Positions 10,482-20,032 of a stretch of DNA of 64,000 nucleotides are shown here, in pieces. Made by a program: the position numbers and the translations under genes. Each line of letters begins with the position of its first letter. The stretch's first letter is position 1. The stretch is from Candidatus Gottesmanbacteria bacterium (GTDB lineage Bacteria; Patescibacteriota; Microgenomatia; UBA10105; UBA927), in contig OY970230.1 in NCBI GenBank assembly GCA_963714095.1, positions 134,206 to 198,205 of the forward strand. Direction: 5' to 3'. Below the pieces are notes generated by a model. The model had not been told where the DNA came from. It saw nothing but the letters and a program-made list of their open reading frames with translations, and ran no database searches.

Positions 10482-11303
10482 TTACGGAGATTTTTTCAGA
10501 CCAAGATGTTCATGGATCGTTTTGAGGATTTTACTTGTGGTTTCCAGATTTCCCCGAATGACAAATACCAGTCTCGCTTCAACTTTGGACTGGGTGATTT
10601 TCACAAGACCGTTGACCGCCTGCGCCAAATCTTTAGCCATCGCATCCAGTTCATCGCTGTGGATTCGCTCTACCCGATGAATGGGTTTTTTATCCATCTG
10701 TGCTTTCAGTCTTCTGGCTAGATCTTCAGCGCGCCTGACCGAGGCGTTTTCCGACAGAATCGTCTTATATGCCTCCACCATCAGTTTCACTTCCCCTAAC
10801 CCTGCAATAGCCCTCGCGTGCCCTTCTGTAATGGCACCGGAAATAAGCCCGTCTTTAATAGCATCAGGAAGTGCCATAAGCCGCATGGTATTACTTACAT
10901 ACGATTCGCTTTTGCCGACACGTTTGGCAATCTCCAAAACCGGAAGACCGAATTCCTCGATCAACCGCTGGAATGCCTGAGCGCGCTCAATGGGATTGAG
11001 GTCCTCACGCTGAACGTTCTCCACAATTGCCATTTCAAGCATACCGCGGGCCGTCGTTTCGCGAACAATCACCGGAACGGTCGATAGGCCTGCCTGTTTG
11101 GAAGCGCGCCACCGCCGTTCTCCTGCAATAAGCTGGTATCCTGCGGGAGTTTTGGCAACAACGAGCGGCTCAATGACGCCGTGCTCTTTTATGGAATTGA
11201 CCAATTCCGTAAGCGATTCAGGTGAGATAAGACCACGGGGTTGAAGAGGGTTGGATTGAATAATATCGACGTCCAGATGCAAAACCTGTTGTGTGTCAGC
11301 CAT
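10482..11303 (-). CDS. parB: ParB-family partition/nucleoid-occlusion protein
   Basis: ParB N-terminal box LIAGERRWRASKQAGL with HTH. No parA is adjacent. Confidence 0.8.
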   Translation of the reverse strand: MADTQQVLHLDVDIIQSNPLQPRGLISPESLTELVNSIKEHGVIEPLVVAKTPAGYQLIAGERRWRASKQAGLSTVPVIVRETTARGMLEMAIVENVQREDLNPIERAQAFQRLIEEFGLPVLEIAKRVGKSESYVSNTMRLMALPDAIKDGLISGAITEGHARAIAGLGEVKLMVEAYKTILSENASVRRAEDLARRLKAQMDKKPIHRVERIHSDELDAMAKDLAQAVNGLVKITQSKVEARLVFVIRGNLETTSKILKTIHEHLGLKKSP

Positions 11304-11306
11304 GGT

Positions 11307-11564
11307 TTATGATTGTACAGGCAGGACAGAAACTACTTTTTTTCCTTCTTTCGTTGAAAAGTTGACCATACCCTTCTGTATCGCATAAATCGTATAATCC
11401 CGACCAAGTCTCACTCCTGTCCCAGGATAGACTTTCGTACCTTTCTGCCGCACGATAATGCTGCCGGACTGGGCCATCTGACCGCCGTAGACTTTCACGC
11501 CTAAACGCTTTGAGACTGAATCTTTGTTTCCTGCGGCCGTTCCGCCTGCTTTTACGTGTGCCAT
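11307..11564 (-). CDS. rpmA: 50S ribosomal protein L27
   Basis: MAHVKAGGTAAGNKDSVSKRLGVKVYGG...VRQKGTKVYPG matches the L27 signature. The track ORF starts at an upstream TTG (11579); the internal ATG at 11564 gives the canonical N-terminus. Confidence 0.8.
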   Translation of the reverse strand: MAHVKAGGTAAGNKDSVSKRLGVKVYGGQMAQSGSIIVRQKGTKVYPGTGVRLGRDYTIYAIQKGMVNFSTKEGKKVVSVLPVQS

Positions 11565-11565
11565 A

Positions 11566-12654
11566 TTATCGTTTTTCAAAAAGGTAAAACATTCGTTTTA
11601 CTTTAGCCCCCGGTCTACTATATTCTATGGGTCCAGTCAAAGTAGTATACCCAAGCGTTTCACACATGTCAATAACTTTTTTCACAAAGACTGTTTTTCC
11701 GTTTACGGCATACATGGGAAGTGCCATCATGACCATCCCGTGAGCCTTAAGAACGTGCCTCCAGTCCCGTAAACAGCCGATGTACAGTTTCTCCAGGCCT
11801 TTTATTGTATTGCGGACATCACCAATTTTTGTCGGGCCCATAAACGGCTCCGTCACAATTGCATCAATGGATTCCTTATCAACACAATCGGAAATATGAA
11901 CTGCATCCGAAACATGTAAACGGTATGTAACTCCTAAATCTGAATATTTTTGACCCAACCATTGGAGATTCTTCCGCGCCTTTGCAACAGTCTCGTCCGA
12001 GTAATCGCTGCCTATAACATTCCATCCCATAACAAGTGCTTCTGAAAGAATTGTTCCCATGCCGCAGAAAGGATCAAGGAGTGTTTTTTGAGCAAGTACG
12101 GAGCCAATATCACGCCGTCTGTCGGCAATATTGACGGCCATACGCGACACTTTCGGCGGTAACATGCCGCTTTTGGGGTCCGCGCTGGGCCGACCATAAT
12201 CTCTCGCATTCCATTCCTCAAATGGCTGAACTTCTATAGTTTTTCCCACATAATAGCCGTCTTTCGTTTGCACCAACACATAATCCTGCACATGCTGTTT
12301 TTGAATAACGACACTGGACAACTCATTTCCATTTCTCGATTCAACAAATCGTACGTGCTTTCCGCTCTGCGTGAGCATTGTTTTCACCTCTTCAAGGAGA
12401 TCCCTCGAAGTCTTATAATTGCTAATGCCAAATGTGGCGCTGTCAATGAACGGTGCAAGATGTCCCGCTGTTACCGAGGGAATGGTCCCAATAACCTCAG
12501 CAATCTTTACTGTGCCTCCTAGTTTTTGTATCGGTATATTGTGCGAAGCGATCGCCACCCCGTTGCCAATGAGTACAACATCGGGGATGAATGTCTGAAG
12601 TTCAAGAAAAGCTAATTCCGGGGTACGCCCGAGAATAAATACATAGGATGTCAT
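11566..12654 (-). CDS. THUMP-domain RNA methyltransferase (Trm11/RlmL-like, N2-guanine type)
   Basis: SAM motif LLDPFCGMGTILSEA and catalytic-like IVTEPFMGP, with an N-terminal THUMP-like region. Confidence 0.55.
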   Translation of the reverse strand: MTSYVFILGRTPELAFLELQTFIPDVVLIGNGVAIASHNIPIQKLGGTVKIAEVIGTIPSVTAGHLAPFIDSATFGISNYKTSRDLLEEVKTMLTQSGKHVRFVESRNGNELSSVVIQKQHVQDYVLVQTKDGYYVGKTIEVQPFEEWNARDYGRPSADPKSGMLPPKVSRMAVNIADRRRDIGSVLAQKTLLDPFCGMGTILSEALVMGWNVIGSDYSDETVAKARKNLQWLGQKYSDLGVTYRLHVSDAVHISDCVDKESIDAIVTEPFMGPTKIGDVRNTIKGLEKLYIGCLRDWRHVLKAHGMVMMALPMYAVNGKTVFVKKVIDMCETLGYTTLTGPIEYSRPGAKVKRMFYLFEKR

Positions 12655-12658
12655 GGTT

Positions 12659-12967
12659 TTATCCGATGGAGACTATTTCAAGCTTTGTAACCAGTGGTCG
12701 GAATCCTGTGGATTTCCGGTATCGGACTTTCTGCTTATACCGGCGGACATTAAGTTTTTCTCCCTTTGCCTGAGCAACAATTTTTGCCTTAACGGAGACC
12801 CCCGCGACTGTCGGAGTACCGATTTGAGTTTTTTTGTCATCAGAAACCATTAGTACCCGGTCAAATGTCAAACCGTCGCCCTCTTTTCCTTCAATATATG
12901 AAGCGTTAATGACATCTTTTACCTGTACCCGATATTGTTTTCCCTGAATTTCTACTATTACAAACAT
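12659..12967 (-). CDS. rplU: 50S ribosomal protein L21
   Basis: MFVIVEIQGKQYRVQ N-terminus and length are typical of L21. Confidence 0.85.
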   Translation of the reverse strand: MFVIVEIQGKQYRVQVKDVINASYIEGKEGDGLTFDRVLMVSDDKKTQIGTPTVAGVSVKAKIVAQAKGEKLNVRRYKQKVRYRKSTGFRPLVTKLEIVSIG

Positions 12968-12981
12968 ATTTGGTCATTTTA

Positions 12982-14073
12982 TCAGGAATGATGCGTGATT
13001 GCAATGCCGGATCTTTCATGATTGGTGCGTGCCAACGCCCAAAGTATGCCGAAGGAAATGGCTGTTGACAGGATCGAGCTTCCGCCGTACGACACAAACG
13101 GCAGTGTGATGCCCGTTATTGGAATAAGGCCCATATTCATACCGGCATTTATAAATATCTGTGAAAGTAACATCGCAAACAGGCCGAATGAATAGATAAA
13201 CAAGCGCGTTTCCTCAACCGCCCCCGCGAGAATCGGCTCGATAACACGGTAGAGAAGAAATGCATACCCTGCCAAAATGAGCGTTCCTCCCACAAACCCC
13301 AATTCCTCCACCAGCGTTGCAAAAATAAAGTCCGTATGAAATTCCGGCAAAAACCGCAGGTGAGACTGGGTGCCGCGCCCGAGACCTCGACCGAACCACT
13401 GACCGCTGCCGACTGCAATCATCGCCTGCAGAGCGTTGTATCCAGCACCTTTCGGATCAAGCGCGGGATTTAAGAATGTAAGAACCCGTGATTGTTGATA
13501 CGGTACAAGGTGCGACCATATAAAGGGTAGAAGTATACCGATTGCCGCGGCGGCAGATACAAAAAACCATACAGGCAGACCTGCAGCCAAAAGCATTGCA
13601 CTCCAAAAAGCCGCATATACCAGGCTTGTACCTAAATCCGGTTGCCGGAAAACAAGAAAAAAGGGCAGAACAAACAAAAGAAAAAGTATCGGAACATTTT
13701 TTAAATACCTCGGCGGATATTTCGCCATAAAATGCGCAAATGCGAGCAGTAAAAACGGTTTAACGAACTCAGACGGCTGGATTTGAGCCCCGGCTATCAC
13801 AATCCAACGCGTCGCGCCACGGATGCTGGGTCCAAGATACGACATCGCCAAAAATATGATAGAAAGGACATACCCGACCGGAGCAAACCACCAGAGAAGC
13901 ACCGCATCGACAGAGGAAATGCCGAACAACAAAATAAATCCCAAGATAAGATACAGAAGCTGGGATACAAAATACGCCTGGCTGATCGTCAAAAGGATAA
14001 AAAGTCCGAACGATCCCAGGCACGTAAGAACGAGTGCTGTTATCCAGTCGATATGGTGAGTGCGTCGCCCCAT
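12982..14073 (-). CDS. rodA: SEDS-family peptidoglycan glycosyltransferase (RodA-like; second SEDS paralog besides ftsW)
   Basis: SEDS C-terminal signature MGLIPITGITLPFVSYGGSSILS, 363 aa, about 10 TM. It lies outside the dcw cluster, hence RodA rather than FtsW. Confidence 0.7.
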   Translation of the reverse strand: MGRRTHHIDWITALVLTCLGSFGLFILLTISQAYFVSQLLYLILGFILLFGISSVDAVLLWWFAPVGYVLSIIFLAMSYLGPSIRGATRWIVIAGAQIQPSEFVKPFLLLAFAHFMAKYPPRYLKNVPILFLLFVLPFFLVFRQPDLGTSLVYAAFWSAMLLAAGLPVWFFVSAAAAIGILLPFIWSHLVPYQQSRVLTFLNPALDPKGAGYNALQAMIAVGSGQWFGRGLGRGTQSHLRFLPEFHTDFIFATLVEELGFVGGTLILAGYAFLLYRVIEPILAGAVEETRLFIYSFGLFAMLLSQIFINAGMNMGLIPITGITLPFVSYGGSSILSTAISFGILWALARTNHERSGIAITHHS

Positions 14074-16862
14074 GTTATTGTTTCAGTCAGTGTTTCTTTT
14101 TGTATGTACGCAATAAGATCAGCAGATAAAGACTGTTTATCCTTCGGCAGAGTGAGTTTAATATGCGCATCTATTGTACAGCCTTTTTCTTTGCGGAGCT
14201 TCTGAATATCGCGCACCAGTTCCCGCGCGGCGCCTTCCTGAATAAGTTGCGGCGTCAATTGTATATTCAAATCAACTGATAAATCCCCCACGCTATGTGC
14301 GACACTCTTCACGTTTACCTCTTCTGCTATTACCCGCTGAACATCTTCGGATAATTTTGCCGGTGTTGCGGCTGTAAGAACTGCCAACGGTTGCCGCACC
14401 TTCATCTTCTTCTCTTTCCGTATCGCATGCGCTTTTTCAACAACTTCCCGCGCACTCGTCATTTCTTCTTCTAGCGCCGTATCCGGCACACCGGCCATTG
14501 GCCAAGATTCCAAATGAACAGACTCTTTGCCGGTCAAATTCCTATACATCTCTTCCGTCACAAACGGAATAAGAGGCGCAAGAATTTTGCAATACGTCAC
14601 TAGCACGTACCAGAGAGTCTGATATGCATTATCTTTATCTTTTCCCGAAGGCGCTGCCGGACCCACGCGATCTCGGATTCGGCGCACATACCACAAGGAC
14701 AAATCCTGCATAAATTTCCACGCTACCCCCACAATGACCGGCGTATCATACAATTCATACCCCTTCTCCGTTATTTCCTGAATTGTGCTATCCAACCGTG
14801 AAAGAATCCATCTGTCCATAACGTGTACCGGTTTCACGGCATCCGTTTTTGGCGTCCATTGGTCAATCCCGGCATACGTCACAAAAAAGTTATACACATT
14901 CCATAAAAGCAAAAGCATTCCCTTCACCTGATTGCGGTATTCAAGTTCCGAAATCCTGATATCTTCCCCGTGCATCACCGGACACCCAAGAAGATATAAC
15001 CGCAGGGCATCGCCGCCGTATTTTTGTAACATTTCCTTGGGATCCGGATAATTATTATAGTTTTTGCTCATTTTCCTTCCGTCGGTTCCCAATATGACGC
15101 CGGTGACCAGAACATTTTTAAACGCATGTGAGTCATAAATAGCAGTTGCGATAACATGAAGTACATAAAACCATGCGCGGATCTGTCCGGTATACTCAAC
15201 GATAAAATCCGGCGGAAAGAAGTCGGTAAGCTTCACTTCTGTATTAAACGGAAAATGCCTTTCGGCAAACGGCGCGCTGCCTGCCTCAATCCAACTATCC
15301 AGTACCTCGGTCACGCGTGTTGCTTTTTGCCCGCATTCCTTACACGTTACCGTCACTGCATCAATTCCGGGTTTATGCAGATCGGTAATCTTTGTACCAG
15401 CCGCTTCTTCCAATTCTTTAATCGAGCCGGGGACGAACATATGTCCGTTTTTACATTCCCAAACCGGCACGGGGCTGCCCCAGTAACGAGAGCGGGAGAT
15501 GCACCAGTCCGGCGCGTTCTCCAGGCTTTTGAGGTACCGGCCGTATTTAAAATGTGCGGGGAACCAATTCACTTTCTCATTCGTCGCCTTCATCTTTGCT
15601 TTCAACGACTGGATATTCACATACCACGCATCCTGCGGCGCGTACATAAGACGCGTGTGGCAGCGCCAGCACGTGGGAACCGGATGAGTATACTCGTCCA
15701 CGCGGTAAATAAGTTCACGTTTTTTCAAATCTTCGATAACCAGAGGGTCCACATCCAGATAATATTTCCCTGCCCACTTGGGTACGTCCGGCTTCATCAT
15801 GCCCTCTTCATCCACGTGCAGGACGATCTGAATATTCTCTTTTTGCATGACCCCTAAATCTTCCTCGCCATATGCTGCAATCGTCACGATACCGGTGCCC
15901 TCGTCTGCAGTCACGAAATCTCCCGGGATAATAACAAATGCTTTCTTCCCTTCATCGATTGTATAAAAGTTGTAATGCGGCACAAACTTCTTACCGACGA
16001 GCGTTTCCCCTGAAAATTCCTCAAGAACTTTATACGGCCTATCCGAAAGCATCTTCAGGGTCGTTTTTGCCAAAATATATTTGTCATCCCCCTGCTCAAC
16101 CTTCACGTACGTTAATTTCGGGTTGACGGCGAGAGCGGGTGTGGCGATTTTATTCCACGGCGTCGTACTCCAGGCGAGATAATAGGTGTTCTTATCCTCA
16201 TGAGACTGGTACATAAAAACTCCTGCGGGTTCCGTAATTTCCTTATAATTCTCCGGGTCCATGGCTACTTCAAAATTTGAAATGGGAGTCACGTCATGCG
16301 GACAATAAAGGGATACGCGCAGCCCTTTATAAATCAACTTTTTTTCAAACATTTGTTTAAATACCCACATCACCGTCTCCATGTAACTCGTGTCCATAGT
16401 CTTATAGGCGTTCTTAAAATCCACCCAGCGGCCGATATGATCCACATACCATTCCCACTCGCCGGAAACCTGCGACACATAGGATTTACACTCATCAATA
16501 AATTTCTGTACACCGATTGTGGTTTCTATATCTTTTTTCCGCTTAATATGGAGTTTCGTTTCCACTTTATTTTCTGCCGGCAGTCCATGGCAATCCCATC
16601 CCCACACACGCCGGACCCGATACCCCTTCATCGTCCAATACCGGGGAAACAAATCCTTGGGAATACTGGAGAGAAGTGTCCCGTAATGCGGCAACCCGGT
16701 AATAAACGGCGGCCCATCCAAAAACGTCCACGTTTTATTGGCCGGCCGGCTCTCGACGGATTTCTCAAAAATTTTATTCTCTTTCCAATATTTGAGTACC
16801 CGCTCCTCAAGATCGGGAAAGTTCACCTGCGCCGTTACCGGTTGAAATAAATGCTTTGCCAT
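14040..16862 (-). CDS. ileS: isoleucyl-tRNA synthetase (type 2, eukaryote/archaeal-like)
   Basis: N-terminal HIGH region PPFITGLPHYGTL...WGWDCHGLPAE, KMSKS region GRKMSKNY, 940 aa. Confidence 0.85.
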   Translation of the reverse strand: MAKHLFQPVTAQVNFPDLEERVLKYWKENKIFEKSVESRPANKTWTFLDGPPFITGLPHYGTLLSSIPKDLFPRYWTMKGYRVRRVWGWDCHGLPAENKVETKLHIKRKKDIETTIGVQKFIDECKSYVSQVSGEWEWYVDHIGRWVDFKNAYKTMDTSYMETVMWVFKQMFEKKLIYKGLRVSLYCPHDVTPISNFEVAMDPENYKEITEPAGVFMYQSHEDKNTYYLAWSTTPWNKIATPALAVNPKLTYVKVEQGDDKYILAKTTLKMLSDRPYKVLEEFSGETLVGKKFVPHYNFYTIDEGKKAFVIIPGDFVTADEGTGIVTIAAYGEEDLGVMQKENIQIVLHVDEEGMMKPDVPKWAGKYYLDVDPLVIEDLKKRELIYRVDEYTHPVPTCWRCHTRLMYAPQDAWYVNIQSLKAKMKATNEKVNWFPAHFKYGRYLKSLENAPDWCISRSRYWGSPVPVWECKNGHMFVPGSIKELEEAAGTKITDLHKPGIDAVTVTCKECGQKATRVTEVLDSWIEAGSAPFAERHFPFNTEVKLTDFFPPDFIVEYTGQIRAWFYVLHVIATAIYDSHAFKNVLVTGVILGTDGRKMSKNYNNYPDPKEMLQKYGGDALRLYLLGCPVMHGEDIRISELEYRNQVKGMLLLLWNVYNFFVTYAGIDQWTPKTDAVKPVHVMDRWILSRLDSTIQEITEKGYELYDTPVIVGVAWKFMQDLSLWYVRRIRDRVGPAAPSGKDKDNAYQTLWYVLVTYCKILAPLIPFVTEEMYRNLTGKESVHLESWPMAGVPDTALEEEMTSAREVVEKAHAIRKEKKMKVRQPLAVLTAATPAKLSEDVQRVIAEEVNVKSVAHSVGDLSVDLNIQLTPQLIQEGAARELVRDIQKLRKEKGCTIDAHIKLTLPKDKQSLSADLIAYIQKETLTETITWGDALTISTG

Positions 16863-16932
16863 ACTGATTTCTTTATTATATCAGGACACATGCAACAAAT
16901 CATGGTAAAATAGTGGTTCGGATGAATTCTTT

Positions 16933-18351
16933 ATGAAAAAACGACTGATCGCGCTCCTTTTTATCATTATTCTGCTTACCGGCGCGCTTTTTGCGATCTG
17001 GTACCATTCCGTCCACACGAAAGTGTTCATCACACGCCAAAAAACAGCCAGTGCTCCGCCCGATACCATACCGCAGCATCTTTCAAAAAAAACACCGTTT
17101 GACGTACTCCTTCTGGGCTACGGCGGCGGCACCCACGACGGGCCGTACCTTACCGATTCCATGATGGACATTCACGTCGATCCGAAAACTAAAAAAATAT
17201 TTCTTATTTCCATCCCGAGGGATTTGTGGGTCAATATTCCTACTGCCGGTACATCCGAATCCCCGTCTAAAATTAACGCAGCCTATGCCATTGGGTTGGA
17301 CGACACCATGTATCCCGATAAACAGGCACAGTTTAAAGGCCCGGACGGCGGCGGAAGGCTGGCGGAATATACAGTATCCCAGGTCATGGGACTGCCGGTA
17401 GATTATTTCGTCGGTATGGATTTTTCCGGTTTTGTAAAAACGATCGACACGATCGGCGGCGTTGATATAAATGTCCAGCCTGCATTTGATGATCCCGGGT
17501 ACCCCAACGAAGCCAGTGCCGCGGCCACGTGCGGGCACTCGGATGAAGACATAAAAGCGTTTATCGCAACAGTCTCTGCGGAATCAGATATCTGGGCGTA
17601 TTTCCCCTGCCGGTATGAAAACGTGCATTTTAATGCCGGACTGCAGCATATGGACGGAGATCGCGCGTTAATCTATGCCAGATCGCGCCACAGTGCCCAG
17701 GATGGCACTGACTTCGGCAGGGCGAGACGTCAGCGGAATCTCCTTATCGCAGTCGAACAGAAAATATTTACCGTCGGCTTTATTCCGAAAATCATTCCGT
17801 TTATCGACAGCCTGAAGGATGACCTTCGCACCGACCTGGCGCCATCGGATATCCAAACACTTATTCAGAATGCACCGGCGCTTGGCAAATACCAGATTGT
17901 CTCGCTTGCTCTCACCGACCAAAATTATTTAAAAGACTCATTTTCAAGCGATAACCTGGATATTCTCATCCCGAAAGACGGTCAGGGCAACTATACAAAT
18001 ATTCACGCATGGATTACCGACGTCATCTCAGGTAAACCGGAACCGTTTTCAGCAGTCGTACAGGTGCAAAACGGAACAAAAACAGAAGGACTTGCGCAGG
18101 TTGTAACAAATACGCTGGAGAATCTGAACATCAGGACAACACCGCCGACAAATACCGGCGGGATTATGTCGCCAAAAACAAGCATCATTGCCTTCGGTAC
18201 CAATATTAACCCCTCAGATCTTGCCATACTTGAAAAGGAATTTAACCCAGTAAAAATTTCGTACCAGCCCGCGACAGCCAGCGCCTACAACATCCGTATT
18301 GTTGTGGGAGCAGACTATACTGTGCATCTGACACCAACACCCACTCCGTAA
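16933..18351 (+). CDS. LytR-CpsA-Psr (LCP) family cell-envelope phosphotransferase
   Basis: N-terminal TM, LCP core LLLGYGGGTHDGPYLTDSMMDIHVDP...FLISIPRDLWVNIP...KINAAYAIG...VDYFVGMDFSGF, plus a C-terminal LytR_C-like extension. Confidence 0.75.
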   Translation: MKKRLIALLFIIILLTGALFAIWYHSVHTKVFITRQKTASAPPDTIPQHLSKKTPFDVLLLGYGGGTHDGPYLTDSMMDIHVDPKTKKIFLISIPRDLWVNIPTAGTSESPSKINAAYAIGLDDTMYPDKQAQFKGPDGGGRLAEYTVSQVMGLPVDYFVGMDFSGFVKTIDTIGGVDINVQPAFDDPGYPNEASAAATCGHSDEDIKAFIATVSAESDIWAYFPCRYENVHFNAGLQHMDGDRALIYARSRHSAQDGTDFGRARRQRNLLIAVEQKIFTVGFIPKIIPFIDSLKDDLRTDLAPSDIQTLIQNAPALGKYQIVSLALTDQNYLKDSFSSDNLDILIPKDGQGNYTNIHAWITDVISGKPEPFSAVVQVQNGTKTEGLAQVVTNTLENLNIRTTPPTNTGGIMSPKTSIIAFGTNINPSDLAILEKEFNPVKISYQPATASAYNIRIVVGADYTVHLTPTPTP

Positions 18352-18384
18352 CTTCTTTACCTCAATAACGCGGGGTTTATCAGG
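18349..18384. repeat. copy 1 of a ~36-nt repeated element (TAACTTCTTTACCTCAATAACGCGGGGTTTATCAGG); begins with the LCP stop codon
   Basis: Aligns by eye at about 30/36 with copy 2 (26282..26317) and with copy 3 (41383..41418) over the GCGGGG-centred core. Confidence 0.5.
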
Positions 18385-18421
18385 CATCAAAACGATAAAA
18401 ATCGTATGCTATAATTCTTGT

Positions 18422-20002
18422 ATGCCGAACTATTTGTTTAGGAAAATTCATATATCATTTGATGGTATTCTTTCAATCTTCCTTTTTTTCTTCACGTTTA
18501 TTATCGCCGGAAGTTTTTCACGCATCGGTATTGAACCTCTTCATGACGGGCTTCAGTTAAAGCCAGCCCTGGATGTCGCACGGGGCGTCATGCTTTTCCG
18601 AGATACGTTCACCCAATACGGAGCATTGACTACGCTCATTCAGGCCGGCGCGCTGGTCATTTTCGGCAAATATCTTTTAACACTGAAACTCTTAACAGCA
18701 GCGTTTTATGGTGGAATTGCCACACTCCAGTATCTTATATATAAACGCATTCTTCCGCGGCCTATCGCCTTCACAACTGTCATTCTGTGGGTGTTTTGTG
18801 CCCCCTATTTTTTCTGGATATTTCTTGCTTGGTCGTCGGTGTATACTCTTTTCTTTCAGCTCCTTACAGCGTATTTTTTCTTCATTTGGCTGGAAAAAAA
18901 GAACGTGCGTGTTCTCTTTTGGGCCGGGGTAACAACAGCTATTGTCTTTTATTTTAAACAAACAATAGGAATATTCACAACGTGCGGCATACTCGTATTT
19001 TTTATTGTTCTCTCTCTGCAAAAAAATCCTGCTTTTGCTAAAGCAAAAAAAGCTTTGTTTTATTTTCTCTCAGGAATACTTATCATCAACCTTTGTTTCG
19101 CGGTTTGGCTGGGCGTCAATCATAGTTTTTCTGCTTGGTGGAAAGAATCATTTGTTGTTGGGTATGTCTATGGCACGCAATTTACATCAATCGGTGATTT
19201 CCTGCATCTGCTCAAAATCACGTTATTTCCGCTGTCGGACCCTACGTTTATAACCAGCCCGGTAGAATTATGGGTACTTCTTCCGTGTACAACAATTATT
19301 GTTTTTATTCGCTATTGTTTCTTTGGTAAAAAAGGTAATCAGATCCACAGATCTCTTATTCTCTTGCTTTCGCTTGTCGGATTATCATCATGGAGCCAAT
19401 ATTATCCGATTATAGACTACCGTCATGTGTATTGGGGCGGTACACCGATGTTCGGCATTCTTGCGTTCTTCTGTTATGAAATAATCCGATACGTCATCTC
19501 TATTTTTCAGAAGCGCCCGTCGTCTCTTGCAACCATACTGACGGTTGTGGGATTATGCATTCTTTTTTACCCCGACGTATCCAATAGAATTATCCTGGGA
19601 AAAGAAAAGCTCTCTGCGCCGTACGAAACGCTTGAATATCCGCCTATTTTAAAAGGTATGCAGGTCACCGCAGAAGAAAAACAATATATCATGGCTTTTG
19701 AAAATTCTCTGGATACATATTTTGCAAAACATCCGAACGGCACGGTCGCTAATCTCAGTGAACAGGGTATTTATCCGTCCTTATATGATCATATGATGTA
19801 TATTCCTCCGTTATATGTCTATTGGCCTCAATTCTTCGGTTCAATCTTTCCAGACGTTTTGCCCCGTATGTTAACCTATATTTCACTTCATCACCCGCTC
19901 GTTGTTACATCCCGCACATCCATTCTTCCGCCTGGCTATTGTGCGGTCCAAAATTTAGATTCTCTCTATGGTTCGTACCTTGCGTTACCTTGCGGGGATT
20001 AA
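18422..20002 (+). CDS. GT-C superfamily polytopic membrane glycosyltransferase
   Basis: 526 aa, many TM helices. Fourth paralog of the ArnT/PMT-like type in this window. Confidence 0.5.
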   Translation: MPNYLFRKIHISFDGILSIFLFFFTFIIAGSFSRIGIEPLHDGLQLKPALDVARGVMLFRDTFTQYGALTTLIQAGALVIFGKYLLTLKLLTAAFYGGIATLQYLIYKRILPRPIAFTTVILWVFCAPYFFWIFLAWSSVYTLFFQLLTAYFFFIWLEKKNVRVLFWAGVTTAIVFYFKQTIGIFTTCGILVFFIVLSLQKNPAFAKAKKALFYFLSGILIINLCFAVWLGVNHSFSAWWKESFVVGYVYGTQFTSIGDFLHLLKITLFPLSDPTFITSPVELWVLLPCTTIIVFIRYCFFGKKGNQIHRSLILLLSLVGLSSWSQYYPIIDYRHVYWGGTPMFGILAFFCYEIIRYVISIFQKRPSSLATILTVVGLCILFYPDVSNRIILGKEKLSAPYETLEYPPILKGMQVTAEEKQYIMAFENSLDTYFAKHPNGTVANLSEQGIYPSLYDHMMYIPPLYVYWPQFFGSIFPDVLPRMLTYISLHHPLVVTSRTSILPPGYCAVQNLDSLYGSYLALPCGD

Positions 20003-20032
20003 CTTTAACTTTTTGCTCAAAAACGCAGGGTT

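Noticed and set aside
10482-11303. ParB as part of a DpdB-like 7-deazaguanine DNA modification system
   Set aside because: It sits 15 kb away from the que genes among ribosomal and housekeeping genes, has canonical chromosomal ParB motifs, and has no DpdA/DpdC neighbours.
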